Of a stretch of DNA of 64,000 nt, positions 20,753 through 29,715 are shown piece by piece. Within the stretch, counting starts at the first letter, position 1. Every line of letters begins with the position of its first letter. Below the pieces are notes generated by a model that was given only the letters and a program-made list of their open reading frames with translations, searched no databases and was not told where the DNA came from. The DNA is from an uncultured Acidobacteriota bacterium (lineage in GTDB: Bacteria > Acidobacteriota > Thermoanaerobaculia > Multivoradales > JAHEKO01): NCBI GenBank assembly GCA_963713825.1, contig CAVQNG010000003.1, positions 448,001 to 512,000 of the forward strand, in the 5' to 3' direction. A program made the position numbers and the translations under genes.

Positions 20753-20927
20753 CGCCAACTTCCGTACACCGGTGTGCTTGCCGTCGCAGAGCGATCGCAA
20801 CTACACTAGCGGCAAGCTATTCCGTAAGTAGCAGCGGTGGGACAGATCGAGGCTGAGTCACGGTCTCGATATCGGTTTCCGCACATCCGTACATCCGTAC
20901 ATCCGTACATCCGGAGGAGGAGAGAGT

Positions 20928-21695
20928 ATGTTGACAAGAACAGTTGGAATCGTGGCACTGATGGGCGTTCTGGTAGTGCCGATATCGGCCCGGGCGCAGG
21001 AGGAGGAAGCGGTCAGACCGTTCGTCTACGCAACCTATTTCGAATGTGACGTCGCCGACCAGGAGTTGGCCGACATGCTGGTCGAGTCGGTCCAGGCGCC
21101 AATCTATGACGCTGCGGTGGAGGACGGTACGATTTCCGCCTGGGGCTGGATGTCGCATCACACCGGCGGCAAGTGGCGCCGGGCGCTCTACTACATGGCA
21201 CCTACCACCGACGCTCTGTTGGCGGCGCAGAAGACTATTGCCGGACGGGTCGATGAGTCGAACTCGCAGGCCGCCGCCCGCTTCACGCGGATCTGCGGTG
21301 CCCATGAAGACTACATCTGGCGCTCGCTGGCCGCTAGCGGTGGAGCGGACAACATCGACGACGCCACCAATCCTGGCGACGCCGGGATCTCTCAGTACAT
21401 GGTCTGCAAGATGTCGGAGCAGAAGCGAGCAGACGAGATCGTCGAGGCGGTTCTCGGCCCAGTCTACGACGCACAGATCGCGGCGGGTAATCTCGTCAGT
21501 TGGGGTTGGCTCGGACATCAGGTCGGCGGCGAGTACCGACGCTTGTTCACCCTGAGGGGCCAGGATCACCCGAGCCTGCTCGAAACCTGGGGTACGGCCA
21601 TCAACGAGCTTGAGAAGAACCACGCGGCCGAGATCAACGAGTTCGACGAGATCTGCTATACCCACCAGGATTACATGTGGAACATCGTGCACTGA
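20928..21695 (+). CDS. Secreted hypothetical protein with internal duplication
   Basis: RBS GGAGG, signal peptide, two repeats (WGWMSHHTGGKWRR / WGWLGHQVGGEYRR; C..HEDYIW / C..HQDYMW). Confidence 0.75.
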   Translation: MLTRTVGIVALMGVLVVPISARAQEEEAVRPFVYATYFECDVADQELADMLVESVQAPIYDAAVEDGTISAWGWMSHHTGGKWRRALYYMAPTTDALLAAQKTIAGRVDESNSQAAARFTRICGAHEDYIWRSLAASGGADNIDDATNPGDAGISQYMVCKMSEQKRADEIVEAVLGPVYDAQIAAGNLVSWGWLGHQVGGEYRRLFTLRGQDHPSLLETWGTAINELEKNHAAEINEFDEICYTHQDYMWNIVH

Positions 21696-21768
21696 TCACC
21701 GTGGAGATCGCTCGCTTCACGATCGAGAGCTGCCGGCCAGGGGCTCGTGGCCCAACCGGCGGGGTTCA

Positions 21769-23073
21769 TCATCCGGCGGGATCGACGATCATCGCGCGGC
21801 CAACCTGAGCGGGATCAGCAGGCGTTCCACCAGCCGGCCGCCGTGGGAGTCGACCAAGAACGACAAGGCTCAATGCCACGGTTAGCATCGCTCCGACGCA
21901 CCAAGCCCACGAGATCGACCAACGTTGCGCCACCGTGCCCATCACCAGGGAGCCGAGCGGGAAGAACGAGCCGAACACGAAGGCCCAGATGCCCATTACG
22001 CGGCCGCGTAGCTCGTCGGGCACGCTCTCCTGGACCAGCCCGTTCGCGGTGGCCATGAAGCCGACCTGGCAGAAGCCGGCGCCGACGAGGAGCGGGACGG
22101 CCACGTACACCTTGGAGCTGAGCCCGAGGAGGAAGACGGCAATCGCGCCGGCCCATACGAGCCCGAACACGACGTAGCGATTCGAGCGCCGCGCTCTCAC
22201 CTGTCCCGCAACCCAGAGCGCACCGATGAGGGCGCCCAGGCCGGGTGCCGCCATGAGCAGCGAGTACCCGCTCTCGTTCATGCCCAAATGGTCCTTCGCA
22301 TAGGCCGGCATCTGGGTCTGGTAGGTCCACGTGAAGACAAGCGTGATGGCGAGGAGCAGCATCAACGTGCGCGTGCGGCGATGGCCGTGCACGTAGCGAA
22401 CGCCCTCGAGAAGCTCCTTGATTGGACCCGCGTGCACGCGCTCCGCGTTCGTGGACTCGAGCCGGATGCCAGCGAGTGCGATCACCATGATCAGATTCAT
22501 GGCGGCCGCGATGATGAAGCAGGGGCCCACGCCCAACAGCCACAGGAGCGGCGCGCCGAGGGCGGGGCCCACCACGCGAGCGACGTTGAACCCCGCGCTG
22601 TTGAGCGCGATCGCGTTCCTGAGATCGGTCCGACCAGCCAGGTTGCTGACGAAGGCGTTCCGCACCGGGATCTCTACTGCCCGCGCGGCACCGATGAGGA
22701 TAGCGGCAGCGAACACATGGCCGATCAGCACGTGCTCAGTCAGCACCAGGATGCCAAGCACCACATTTGCCGTAATGGCGACCCACGGCAGTGCCATGAG
22801 GAGCTTGCGCCGATCGACGCGATCGGCCAGGACGCCACCGAAGGGGCTGAGGACCAGGAGCGGTAGGAGCCCCGCCGCCGTGACGTAGCCCAGGGTGTCG
22901 CGTCGGCCCGTCAGCTCGTAGACGAGCCAGCCCTGAACGATGACCCGGATCCAGAATCCGAGCAGGGAGAGGACGTGGCCGACGAAGTACCGGCGAAACG
23001 CGGGCCGCCTCAGGGAAGCGAACGTGGCGCGGACGAGCCCGTCCTCATCGGCCCCCGCACCCTCCGTTCTCAT
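21769..23073 (-). CDS. MFS transporter (MFS_3/DUF894 type)
   Basis: GVLADRVDRRK, NAIALNS..FN.ARVVGP, LRGRVM. Confidence 0.88.
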   Translation of the reverse strand: MRTEGAGADEDGLVRATFASLRRPAFRRYFVGHVLSLLGFWIRVIVQGWLVYELTGRRDTLGYVTAAGLLPLLVLSPFGGVLADRVDRRKLLMALPWVAITANVVLGILVLTEHVLIGHVFAAAILIGAARAVEIPVRNAFVSNLAGRTDLRNAIALNSAGFNVARVVGPALGAPLLWLLGVGPCFIIAAAMNLIMVIALAGIRLESTNAERVHAGPIKELLEGVRYVHGHRRTRTLMLLLAITLVFTWTYQTQMPAYAKDHLGMNESGYSLLMAAPGLGALIGALWVAGQVRARRSNRYVVFGLVWAGAIAVFLLGLSSKVYVAVPLLVGAGFCQVGFMATANGLVQESVPDELRGRVMGIWAFVFGSFFPLGSLVMGTVAQRWSISWAWCVGAMLTVALSLVVLGRLPRRPAGGTPADPAQVGRAMIVDPAG

Positions 23074-23588
23074 GCGTCCCCCTCGAGGTCCTGTGCGGGC
23101 TCCTTGGACTTCTTCCAACCAGCCATCTCGGCATCGTGCTGAACGTAGTCCGTGGCATGTACGGCCGTAAGGAGCTGAACCGATGCCAACTTCTCGATGG
23201 GCACCACGGTGTGGTCGAGATTCGCTTCGACTTCCGCGGCCTTGTTCTCGAACATCGCTCTGCTGTCCAGCTTCTTGCCATAGGGAGCTTCCGGCTCGCC
23301 CAGATGAAGAGGAATGCCTTGCGCCGCGATAAATTCGCAAAGGTCCGAGTACTCTTCCTTCAACCTCTCGAGCGCTCCGTAACGCTCATCCACCGTCAGA
23401 AAGTCCGGGTAATCGGGCATGGAAGAGACGACCTCTCGAAACAGCTCTTCCCTGTTTACCTGTGGCTGGAGATCCGCGCAAGCACAGAGACTCCAACAGA
23501 TCCAAACCGCGACTGGCCCTCTCGCTCTCATTTCGCTTGGACTTCCTCTCTCGCTGTCCTGACCCATCAAGGTGTTGGTTCCACCCAT
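23070..23588 (-). CDS. Hypothetical (possible lipoprotein)
   Basis: ORF overlapping the MFS start by ATGA; hydrophobic segment ending in LCAC. Confidence 0.45.
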   Translation of the reverse strand: MGGTNTLMGQDSERGSPSEMRARGPVAVWICWSLCACADLQPQVNREELFREVVSSMPDYPDFLTVDERYGALERLKEEYSDLCEFIAAQGIPLHLGEPEAPYGKKLDSRAMFENKAAEVEANLDHTVVPIEKLASVQLLTAVHATDYVQHDAEMAGWKKSKEPAQDLEGDA

Positions 23589-23607
23589 TATGTTAGGAAA
23601 CCGCTCG

Positions 23608-23727
23608 TGGCCGAGGGGTGGAATTCGAGCACGGATGGGCAGGCCTGGGGGTGCAGTGAAGCCGACTCCTGATGTAGGGGAGCCCCTTGCGGGCTCCCTC
23701 GGGAGGGGGCAAGCCCCTCCCCTTGTA
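23608..23727. repeat. Junction J7: degenerate tRNA 3' end, partial 50-bp unit, REP
   Basis: tggccgaggggtggaattcgagcacgg...gcagtgaagccgactcctgatgtagggg...gggcaagcccctcccc. Confidence 0.8.
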
Positions 23728-23874
23728 TCTCTATCTCCTCAGAAGATAGAGAGCCCAGTGGTACGGAGGGCTCTCCTGGTCAAGAGGCAGCGGAGATCAG
23801 ACGCTGCTCCCTCCCGACGGCCGTAGAACCTGAGCGAGTAGATAAGCGCCCCCGCCGACGCCTCAGGGTCAAGC

Positions 23875-25143
23875 TCAGGGCTCCAGCACGATCCGCCCGG
23901 CCTGCATCACAAAACGGACCTCGCGGAGACGGGAGATATCCTCAGAGGGGTCGCCGTCGACGGCCACCAAGTCGGCTTGCAGACCGGGCAGCACGGAACC
24001 GATCTGCTCTTCGAGGTGCAAGATGCGTGCATTGACCGAGGTGGCAGCCCGGAGCGCTTCGAGCGGGCTCATTCCGTAGCTCACCATCAACTGCAGCTCG
24101 AGCCAGTTGTCACCATGTCGAAAGACTCCTGCATCGCTCCCGGCGCAGAGGATCACCCCAGCATCGAGCGCAGCCCGAAAACTCTCTCGACTGGCGCGCA
24201 TCCTCTCGGGCTCCTCATCGACCTCCGCGTCCCAGCCCTCATAGCGAGACACGGCCTCCGTCGCAGCCAGTGTAGGGCAGAGGGCGACCCCCTTTTCCGC
24301 CATGAGACGAAAGACCTCGGGAGTTCCACCATCGCCGTGCTCGATGGTCTCGACGCCCGCCAGCGTGGCTCTGCGCATGCCTTCGGGCGTGCTCGCATGA
24401 GCTACCACGGGCCTGCCACTGCTTCGGGCAGTCTCCACTACGAGCTCTAGCTCGGCCTGCGAGAAGGTGGGAAAACTCGCGCCCTCGGGTCCCCAGCGAT
24501 AGTCGGCATAGATCTTGATCCAGTCGGCACCCTTGCCGATCTGATCACGAACGACCCGGATCAGCGCATCGACGCCGTCGGCTGGTTCAGCGCCCAAGGG
24601 AACCTCGAAAGAGGGCGCGAAGCCCTTGGGACCATAACTGCCGGTTGCGACGATGGCTCGTGTCGCTACCAGAAACCGGGGACCGTCGATGACGCCCTTC
24701 TCGATGGCCCGCTTGAGACCCACGTCCGCATATCCTGCCCCTTCGGTTCCGAGATCGCGAACGGTGGTGAAGCCGGCCAGCAGTGTGTCGCGGGCATGAA
24801 CCGTGGCACGGGCGACACGCTCGGCCTCGGATTCCTTGAGCACCTGATCGTTCCAGGAGGTCTCGTTGTAGGGGTGGAGAAAGAGATGAGCGTGCCCCTC
24901 GATCAATCCAGGCAAGAGAGTCGTGCCCGGCAACTCGACGATCCGGGCATCCGTTGGAGGACGAATCTCTGCCATCGGTCCCACGCCCTCGATCCGCTCC
25001 CCGCGAACTAGCACCGCCCAGCCAGCGTGAACCTCCTGACCATCGAACACCCTTGCCGGGCGCAGAAGGTAGGTGTCCTCGAACTGAGCAGTAGCCAGAC
25101 CGGCTTCGAAGAGTAGCGCCAGCAGTAGGAGGAGTCGCGTCAT
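23875..25143 (-). CDS. Amidohydrolase family (prolidase-like)
   Basis: PGLIEGHAH, GFTTVRDLG, IKIY, IEHG, GSDAG. Confidence 0.88.
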   Translation of the reverse strand: MTRLLLLLALLFEAGLATAQFEDTYLLRPARVFDGQEVHAGWAVLVRGERIEGVGPMAEIRPPTDARIVELPGTTLLPGLIEGHAHLFLHPYNETSWNDQVLKESEAERVARATVHARDTLLAGFTTVRDLGTEGAGYADVGLKRAIEKGVIDGPRFLVATRAIVATGSYGPKGFAPSFEVPLGAEPADGVDALIRVVRDQIGKGADWIKIYADYRWGPEGASFPTFSQAELELVVETARSSGRPVVAHASTPEGMRRATLAGVETIEHGDGGTPEVFRLMAEKGVALCPTLAATEAVSRYEGWDAEVDEEPERMRASRESFRAALDAGVILCAGSDAGVFRHGDNWLELQLMVSYGMSPLEALRAATSVNARILHLEEQIGSVLPGLQADLVAVDGDPSEDISRLREVRFVMQAGRIVLEP

Positions 25144-25374
25144 GCCGCGAGAGGTCGGTCTTCGATCAACGCAGTTGCTTTTTCCGGCTCTCATCCTAGC
25201 ATCGCCTGGGCAGTCTGATCGGGCAATCCGGGCATGACCCGCGTCAGGTCTGGTGCAAGGTCTCCTTGCAGGTGCCGTACCGCTTCCCTCTCTCACCAGA
25301 CTCGATAGGTGATGCGCATCACCGACCCAATCGTGCTGAAAGAGCGCAAAAAGCTCAGGAACCTCGATCCATCC

Positions 25375-26064
25375 TCAGCTTTGCCGTTCAAGCGCTGCGA
25401 GAACGAGCTTTGCCACCGCCTCTGATGAGGCCGGGTTTTGACCGGTGATGAGATTGCCGTCCTGGCGTGTGTAGGACTGCCAGTCGTCAACTTTCGAGTA
25501 CTTGGCACCCCGAGCGATCATCGTGTCCTCTACGAGGAGAGGAACAACCTTGGTGAGGCCTGCAGCTTCCTCTTCCGAGTTCGTGAAGCCCGTCACTTCT
25601 CGCCCTTTCACAATGTGTTCACCGTTTTCGTCCTTGGCATTGACGAGAGCAATCGGCGCATGGCACACGGCGGATACAGGCTTGTTGCCTGCCCAGAAGT
25701 CTTCGATCAGCCGGATGGACTCTTCGTCTTCGACGAGGTCCCAGAGGGGACCGTGTCCTCCGGGGTAAAAGACCGCATCAAAGTCTCGGGCCGAAAGCGA
25801 GTCCAGCCTAGCGGTGGCGGCAAGCTCGGCATTTGCAGCGCTGTCAGCCTTGAACCGACGAGTAGCCTCGGTCTGTGCGTCGGGGTCGTCGCTCTTGGGG
25901 TCGAGCGGCGGCTGCCCGCCTTCTGGGGAAGCCAGTGTGACCTCGGCTCCTGCGTCCTTGAACACGTAGTAGGGAGCAGCAAGCTCTTCCAGCCAGAAAC
26001 CCGTGGGGTGCCCCGTGTCTCCGAGCTGGTTGTGTGATGTGAGTACGACAAGGATATTGGCCAT
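25375..26064 (-). CDS. DJ-1/PfpI/Hsp31 family (GATase1-like) protein
   Basis: TGFWLEE, PGGHGP, AVCH, TGQNPAS. Confidence 0.92.
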   Translation of the reverse strand: MANILVVLTSHNQLGDTGHPTGFWLEELAAPYYVFKDAGAEVTLASPEGGQPPLDPKSDDPDAQTEATRRFKADSAANAELAATARLDSLSARDFDAVFYPGGHGPLWDLVEDEESIRLIEDFWAGNKPVSAVCHAPIALVNAKDENGEHIVKGREVTGFTNSEEEAAGLTKVVPLLVEDTMIARGAKYSKVDDWQSYTRQDGNLITGQNPASSEAVAKLVLAALERQS

Positions 26065-26242
26065 GCTTTTTCTCCAGCTTGTCTAGGTTTGAGTGTTGAT
26101 GCCGGGCTAAAGGCCGAGCAACAAGGAGGACACATTATGCGCAATGTTGATGAACTGCACCAGCCCAAGAATGTCGGCAGGGCTCGATTGAACTCGCTAC
26201 CCACCATGCCGCGTCGCATTGCGGTGCATCGAAGGTGGCCCG

Positions 26243-27040
26243 TCAGAGATCAATCCTGCGAGGCGGCCACGGAAAGAAAGCGCTCGTGCGACGCACGTAG
26301 TCACGATACTTCGGCTTGGTGTCACCGAGTCCTCTCTCGAGCAGAGCGACTCCGGAGACCTTGACGATCAGCAGATTCATCAGCAGGGGGCTGACGAGTG
26401 TCCAGGACGACGCGGGCGTCGACAGCGCAAAGCACCCAAAGCCCCACCACAGCGTCGCATCGCCAAAGTAGTTGGGGTGGCGGGTATAGCGCCACAGTCC
26501 TCGATCCATGACCTCGCCCTTGTTGGCCGGGTTGGCCTTGAACCGGGCTAGCTGGAAGTCGCCGACGGCTTCGAAGAAGAAGCCTATGGCGAACAGAGTC
26601 AGACCGAGTAGGTCGAGCCATGACCATCCTGACGGCTGTCGCGACACCTGCACCTGCAGAAGGGGCATGCCGACCACCCAGAAGAGAAACCCCTGCAACC
26701 AGAAGACGATGACCAGAGACCACAGCGGAAAGGCGGCGCCCCACTTCTCGCGCATCGCCGCATAGCGGTAGTCCTCGCCGTGCCCACGATTGCGCCAGAG
26801 GATGTAGATCGAGAGCCGCAGACCCCAAAGCGTAACCAGCAAGGGGACCAGCGTCTGCCTGAAGGAGTCGACCGGCACACGGCTACGGTAGAACCAAGCG
26901 AGCGTGACGAAGCCAAGGCCCCAGAAGATGTCGATAATCGACGCGTCCCGCTTGGCGAGACTCGCCAGCCAGACGGCCGTGGTGAGGCCGACGGCGACCG
27001 CGAGGCCCGGCCAGGCAAGGGCCGTGATCTGCTCGATCAT
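26243..27040 (-). CDS. DUF1295 / steroid 5-alpha reductase-like membrane protein
   Basis: IDIFWG, GEDYRY, GLWRYTRHPNYFG. Confidence 0.9.
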   Translation of the reverse strand: MIEQITALAWPGLAVAVGLTTAVWLASLAKRDASIIDIFWGLGFVTLAWFYRSRVPVDSFRQTLVPLLVTLWGLRLSIYILWRNRGHGEDYRYAAMREKWGAAFPLWSLVIVFWLQGFLFWVVGMPLLQVQVSRQPSGWSWLDLLGLTLFAIGFFFEAVGDFQLARFKANPANKGEVMDRGLWRYTRHPNYFGDATLWWGFGCFALSTPASSWTLVSPLLMNLLIVKVSGVALLERGLGDTKPKYRDYVRRTSAFFPWPPRRIDL

Positions 27041-27290
27041 GAGGGACCGCCCCTCTCGCCGCGTGTCCAAAGGGTGTGCGAAGCAAACCACTCCTCGCCC
27101 TGCCTATAGCTGAAGCGCTCGGTGCAAGCCAGGAAGAATACGCGCCAGCGGTGGAACCAGCGCTCGGCCTCGGTCCCGTAGACGGGCTTCAAAATCGCCC
27201 GAATGGTCTCACTGTGACGATCCATGTTCTCGAGCCAGGCGAGAGCGATTCTCTCATAGTGCTTGCCGTCGAGGCGCCACTGCTGATCGA
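27037..27290 (-). pseudogene. C-terminal fragment of a cyclopropane-fatty-acid synthase-like methyltransferase
   Basis: WRLDGKHYERIALAWLENMD...WFHRWRVFFLAC...GEEW; the N-terminal part is missing and the Nudix gene abuts. Confidence 0.65.
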
Positions 27291-27314
27291 GTCGGACAGG
27301 CCCTGCGAATTGCT

Positions 27315-27872
27315 CTAGATCTCGAAGCCGGCCTGCTTGCTGGCGACTTCGAAGAGGTAGAAAGCCGCAATCACCAGGGCATGAGAGATCTGACCTGTCT
27401 GGATTCGCTGCGGTATCTCGTCGAGCGGCACCAGCTCGCGCTCAATCTCCTCGCCGTCCACCCCGAAAAGGGTCTGATTGACATCAATCGCTTCGAGGTC
27501 GGTCGCCAGCCACGTGGTGAGCCGGTTGTCGAGGAAGGCAGGGTTCGGATGGCTGCAGCCAAGCTGTCGCAACTTGCCAGCGCGAAGCCCCGTCTCTTCC
27601 TCCAGCTCTCTGGCCGCCGCCGTCCGGATGTCCTCGCCCGGATCGACCATGCCGCCCGGAATCTCCAGCGTCGGTGCCTGGATTCCGTATCGCCACTGAC
27701 GGATCAGCACGACCCTGCGGCCCTCGAGCAGCGGGATGACGTTGATCCACTCGGGCGCATCCATCACCAGCACTGTACGGCGCTGGTCTCCGGACGCGAG
27801 CTCCCGGCGCTGCAGCTCGAGGATGCGATGGGAGTGGAGAATCTCGGTCTCGAGGATCTTCCAGTCACGCAT
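27315..27872 (-). CDS. NUDIX hydrolase (ADP-ribose pyrophosphatase-like)
   Basis: Nudix box GGMVDPGE...AARELEEETG. Confidence 0.92.
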   Translation of the reverse strand: MRDWKILETEILHSHRILELQRRELASGDQRRTVLVMDAPEWINVIPLLEGRRVVLIRQWRYGIQAPTLEIPGGMVDPGEDIRTAAARELEEETGLRAGKLRQLGCSHPNPAFLDNRLTTWLATDLEAIDVNQTLFGVDGEEIERELVPLDEIPQRIQTGQISHALVIAAFYLFEVASKQAGFEI

Positions 27873-28076
27873 GGACGCGAGCCTATCTCGCTTAGAGTGT
27901 CGAATCGAGTCTCGGCCGCAGCAGGCGACGAGCCGTGTTCACCGACCGAGGACTGTTCGTCGCCAGAGCTGATGAGATAATGAAGCGCTGAGAGCCGCGT
28001 CGTGGAGGCGAATGGCGGATGAGAATCGTCGCGGCTGTAAAATCGGGGACTCTCTTATCGAAAGCCGGAGGTGGAG

Positions 28077-28529
28077 ATGGCTATCAGGCGGATCAAGTAC
28101 ATCAGTCGGTTCTCGAGACCTCTCGAGGCGAGCGACATCGAGCAGATCGGAGAGGTCAGCCGAGTCAACAACGCCGAGCGTGGCATCACGGGACTACTCA
28201 TGACGAGTGGGGGTCTCTTCCTGCAGATTCTCGAAGGTCCTCCTCCGGCGGTCGAGACTCTCTGGAAGACCATCGTTGTGGATGAGCGTCACAAGGACGT
28301 TCTGCTGCTCAGTGACGAGACGGTCGATCGCCGGCTGTTTCCCGACTGGGCGATGAAAACGATTTCGCTCCGATCGTCGACCGCCGGTCGACTGGCCCCT
28401 GTTCACACCATGGTCGAAGCGATCAGTGCGCAGCGCGAGGTCATCGACCGGCTCCTCGGCTCGATCGAACGCGCAGTTTGGGAAGAATACGTCCACGGCG
28501 GTCAGCGGACCGAGACAGTGGACGAGTAG
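28077..28529 (+). CDS. Stand-alone BLUF blue-light sensor
   Basis: YISR...SRVNN...ITGLL...FLQILEG...DERH...RLFPDWAM (conserved Y, N, Q, W, M). Confidence 0.9.
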   Translation: MAIRRIKYISRFSRPLEASDIEQIGEVSRVNNAERGITGLLMTSGGLFLQILEGPPPAVETLWKTIVVDERHKDVLLLSDETVDRRLFPDWAMKTISLRSSTAGRLAPVHTMVEAISAQREVIDRLLGSIERAVWEEYVHGGQRTETVDE

Positions 28530-28708
28530 ACGATGGCTGAGCCCGAGCCGATGAAGAGGACTTGCACTGGAGAGGCAGTTGACCGAGTCTCGACATATCG
28601 CTTGTCCAAGCTGCTCCAAGGTGAACCGAGTTGCCGCCGTGAGGTTGGGTTAGGATCATTGCTGTGGTGTCTGCAAGAAGCCACTGTAACCTCGTGGAGG
28701 AGGAGCTG

Positions 28709-29083
28709 ATGAGGGAACTCTCGATCTTGATTCAACTGGTCATCGCGTTGGGGATCGTGAATGTGTGGATTCTTCGCCCGGGCAAGCCGACCCCATGGCG
28801 GCCGGACGGCGCGTCCAACATGAAGGAGGAGTTCAGCAAGTACGGTCTCCCAGACTGGGTCCGCAGTGCGGTCGGCTTCGCCAAGCTGACCCTGGCAGTG
28901 CTGCTCGTCGTAGGCATCTGGTATCCACCCGTGGCGGCAGGAGCCGCTGCCGCAATGGCGTTGCTGATGCTCGCGGCCGTGATCGCTCACGTCCGAGCGG
29001 GGGATCCGCCCCAAAAATCGCTTCCGGCCTTCACGATGCTCTTGCTCTCGGCGTTCGTTGCCTACGCGAACGGTCTTTCCTAG
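28709..29083 (+). CDS. DoxX family membrane protein
   Basis: EFSKYGLP, four TM helices, AHVR. Confidence 0.8.
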   Translation: MRELSILIQLVIALGIVNVWILRPGKPTPWRPDGASNMKEEFSKYGLPDWVRSAVGFAKLTLAVLLVVGIWYPPVAAGAAAAMALLMLAAVIAHVRAGDPPQKSLPAFTMLLLSAFVAYANGLS

Positions 29084-29171
29084 AGGACAGAGCCGCAATC
29101 CGAGGCTGCTCGCCCGAGTCGACCAGACCGCCAGGAATCTCGAGTAGCCCAAGGTGTGCCGCAGCACCCCC

Positions 29172-29545
29172 CAAAGTCCACAGAAATGCACCACCCGTGG
29201 ACCACACGGGCATTGAGTGGACTCTCGGTGTAGGGGCGTCCCTTGCGGGCACCCGCAGGAGGGGGCAAGCCACTCCCCTACAAAGTGAATTTCTGGAATG
29301 GCGGAGAGGAAGGGATTCGTACACGGAGGGGCAGGCGCGGGGATGCAGTGTCGGCGACCATCGGGAGGCAACCCTTGGACCGCGTGAACGGTCGCCGGTT
29401 TTCAACACCTCCGGTTCCCTACTACTGACAACACTCCACAGCAACTGACAACTAAGCGACGGGGCTTCTTGGGCAGAGGGGATTGTTGTGGTCGATGCCG
29501 AGGGTTGTGGTTGGTTGTGGCTTCGGGGACCAGGAGTGGACCACG
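29172..29545. repeat. Junction J8: arm B, REP, tRNA-Ser 3' fragment with one 50-bp insert, arm A
   Basis: B 29172-29228, REP 29229-29282, tRNA fragment 29299-29406, A up to gagtggaccacg at 29545. Confidence 0.9.
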
Positions 29546-29599
29546 ACCTGTACAATGAGGTGACCTTCTCGACCACGTTGACCCGGGACGAGCCGACTC

Positions 29600-29707
29600 A
29601 TGATCGGCAAGACGCTTTCTCACTTCAAGATTACCGCCAAGCTCGTCAAAGGCGGGGTGGGGGAGGCGTATCGGGCCGAGGACATAGCCGTTCTCACCGC
29701 CCAGTGA
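29600..29707 (+). pseudogene. Ser/Thr kinase N-terminal remnant
   Basis: MIGKTLSHFKITAKLVKGGVGEAYRAED then a stop after 35 aa. Confidence 0.7.
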
Positions 29708-29715
29708 TTTCTCTA

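Noticed and set aside
23585-23600. GTTAGGA as another attC end
   Set aside because: No matching partner box or inverted repeat was found nearby.
29488-29715. N-terminal extension of the ASST-like ORF
   Set aside because: It overlaps arm A and the kinase remnant. The lipoprotein signal starts near 29704-29716.
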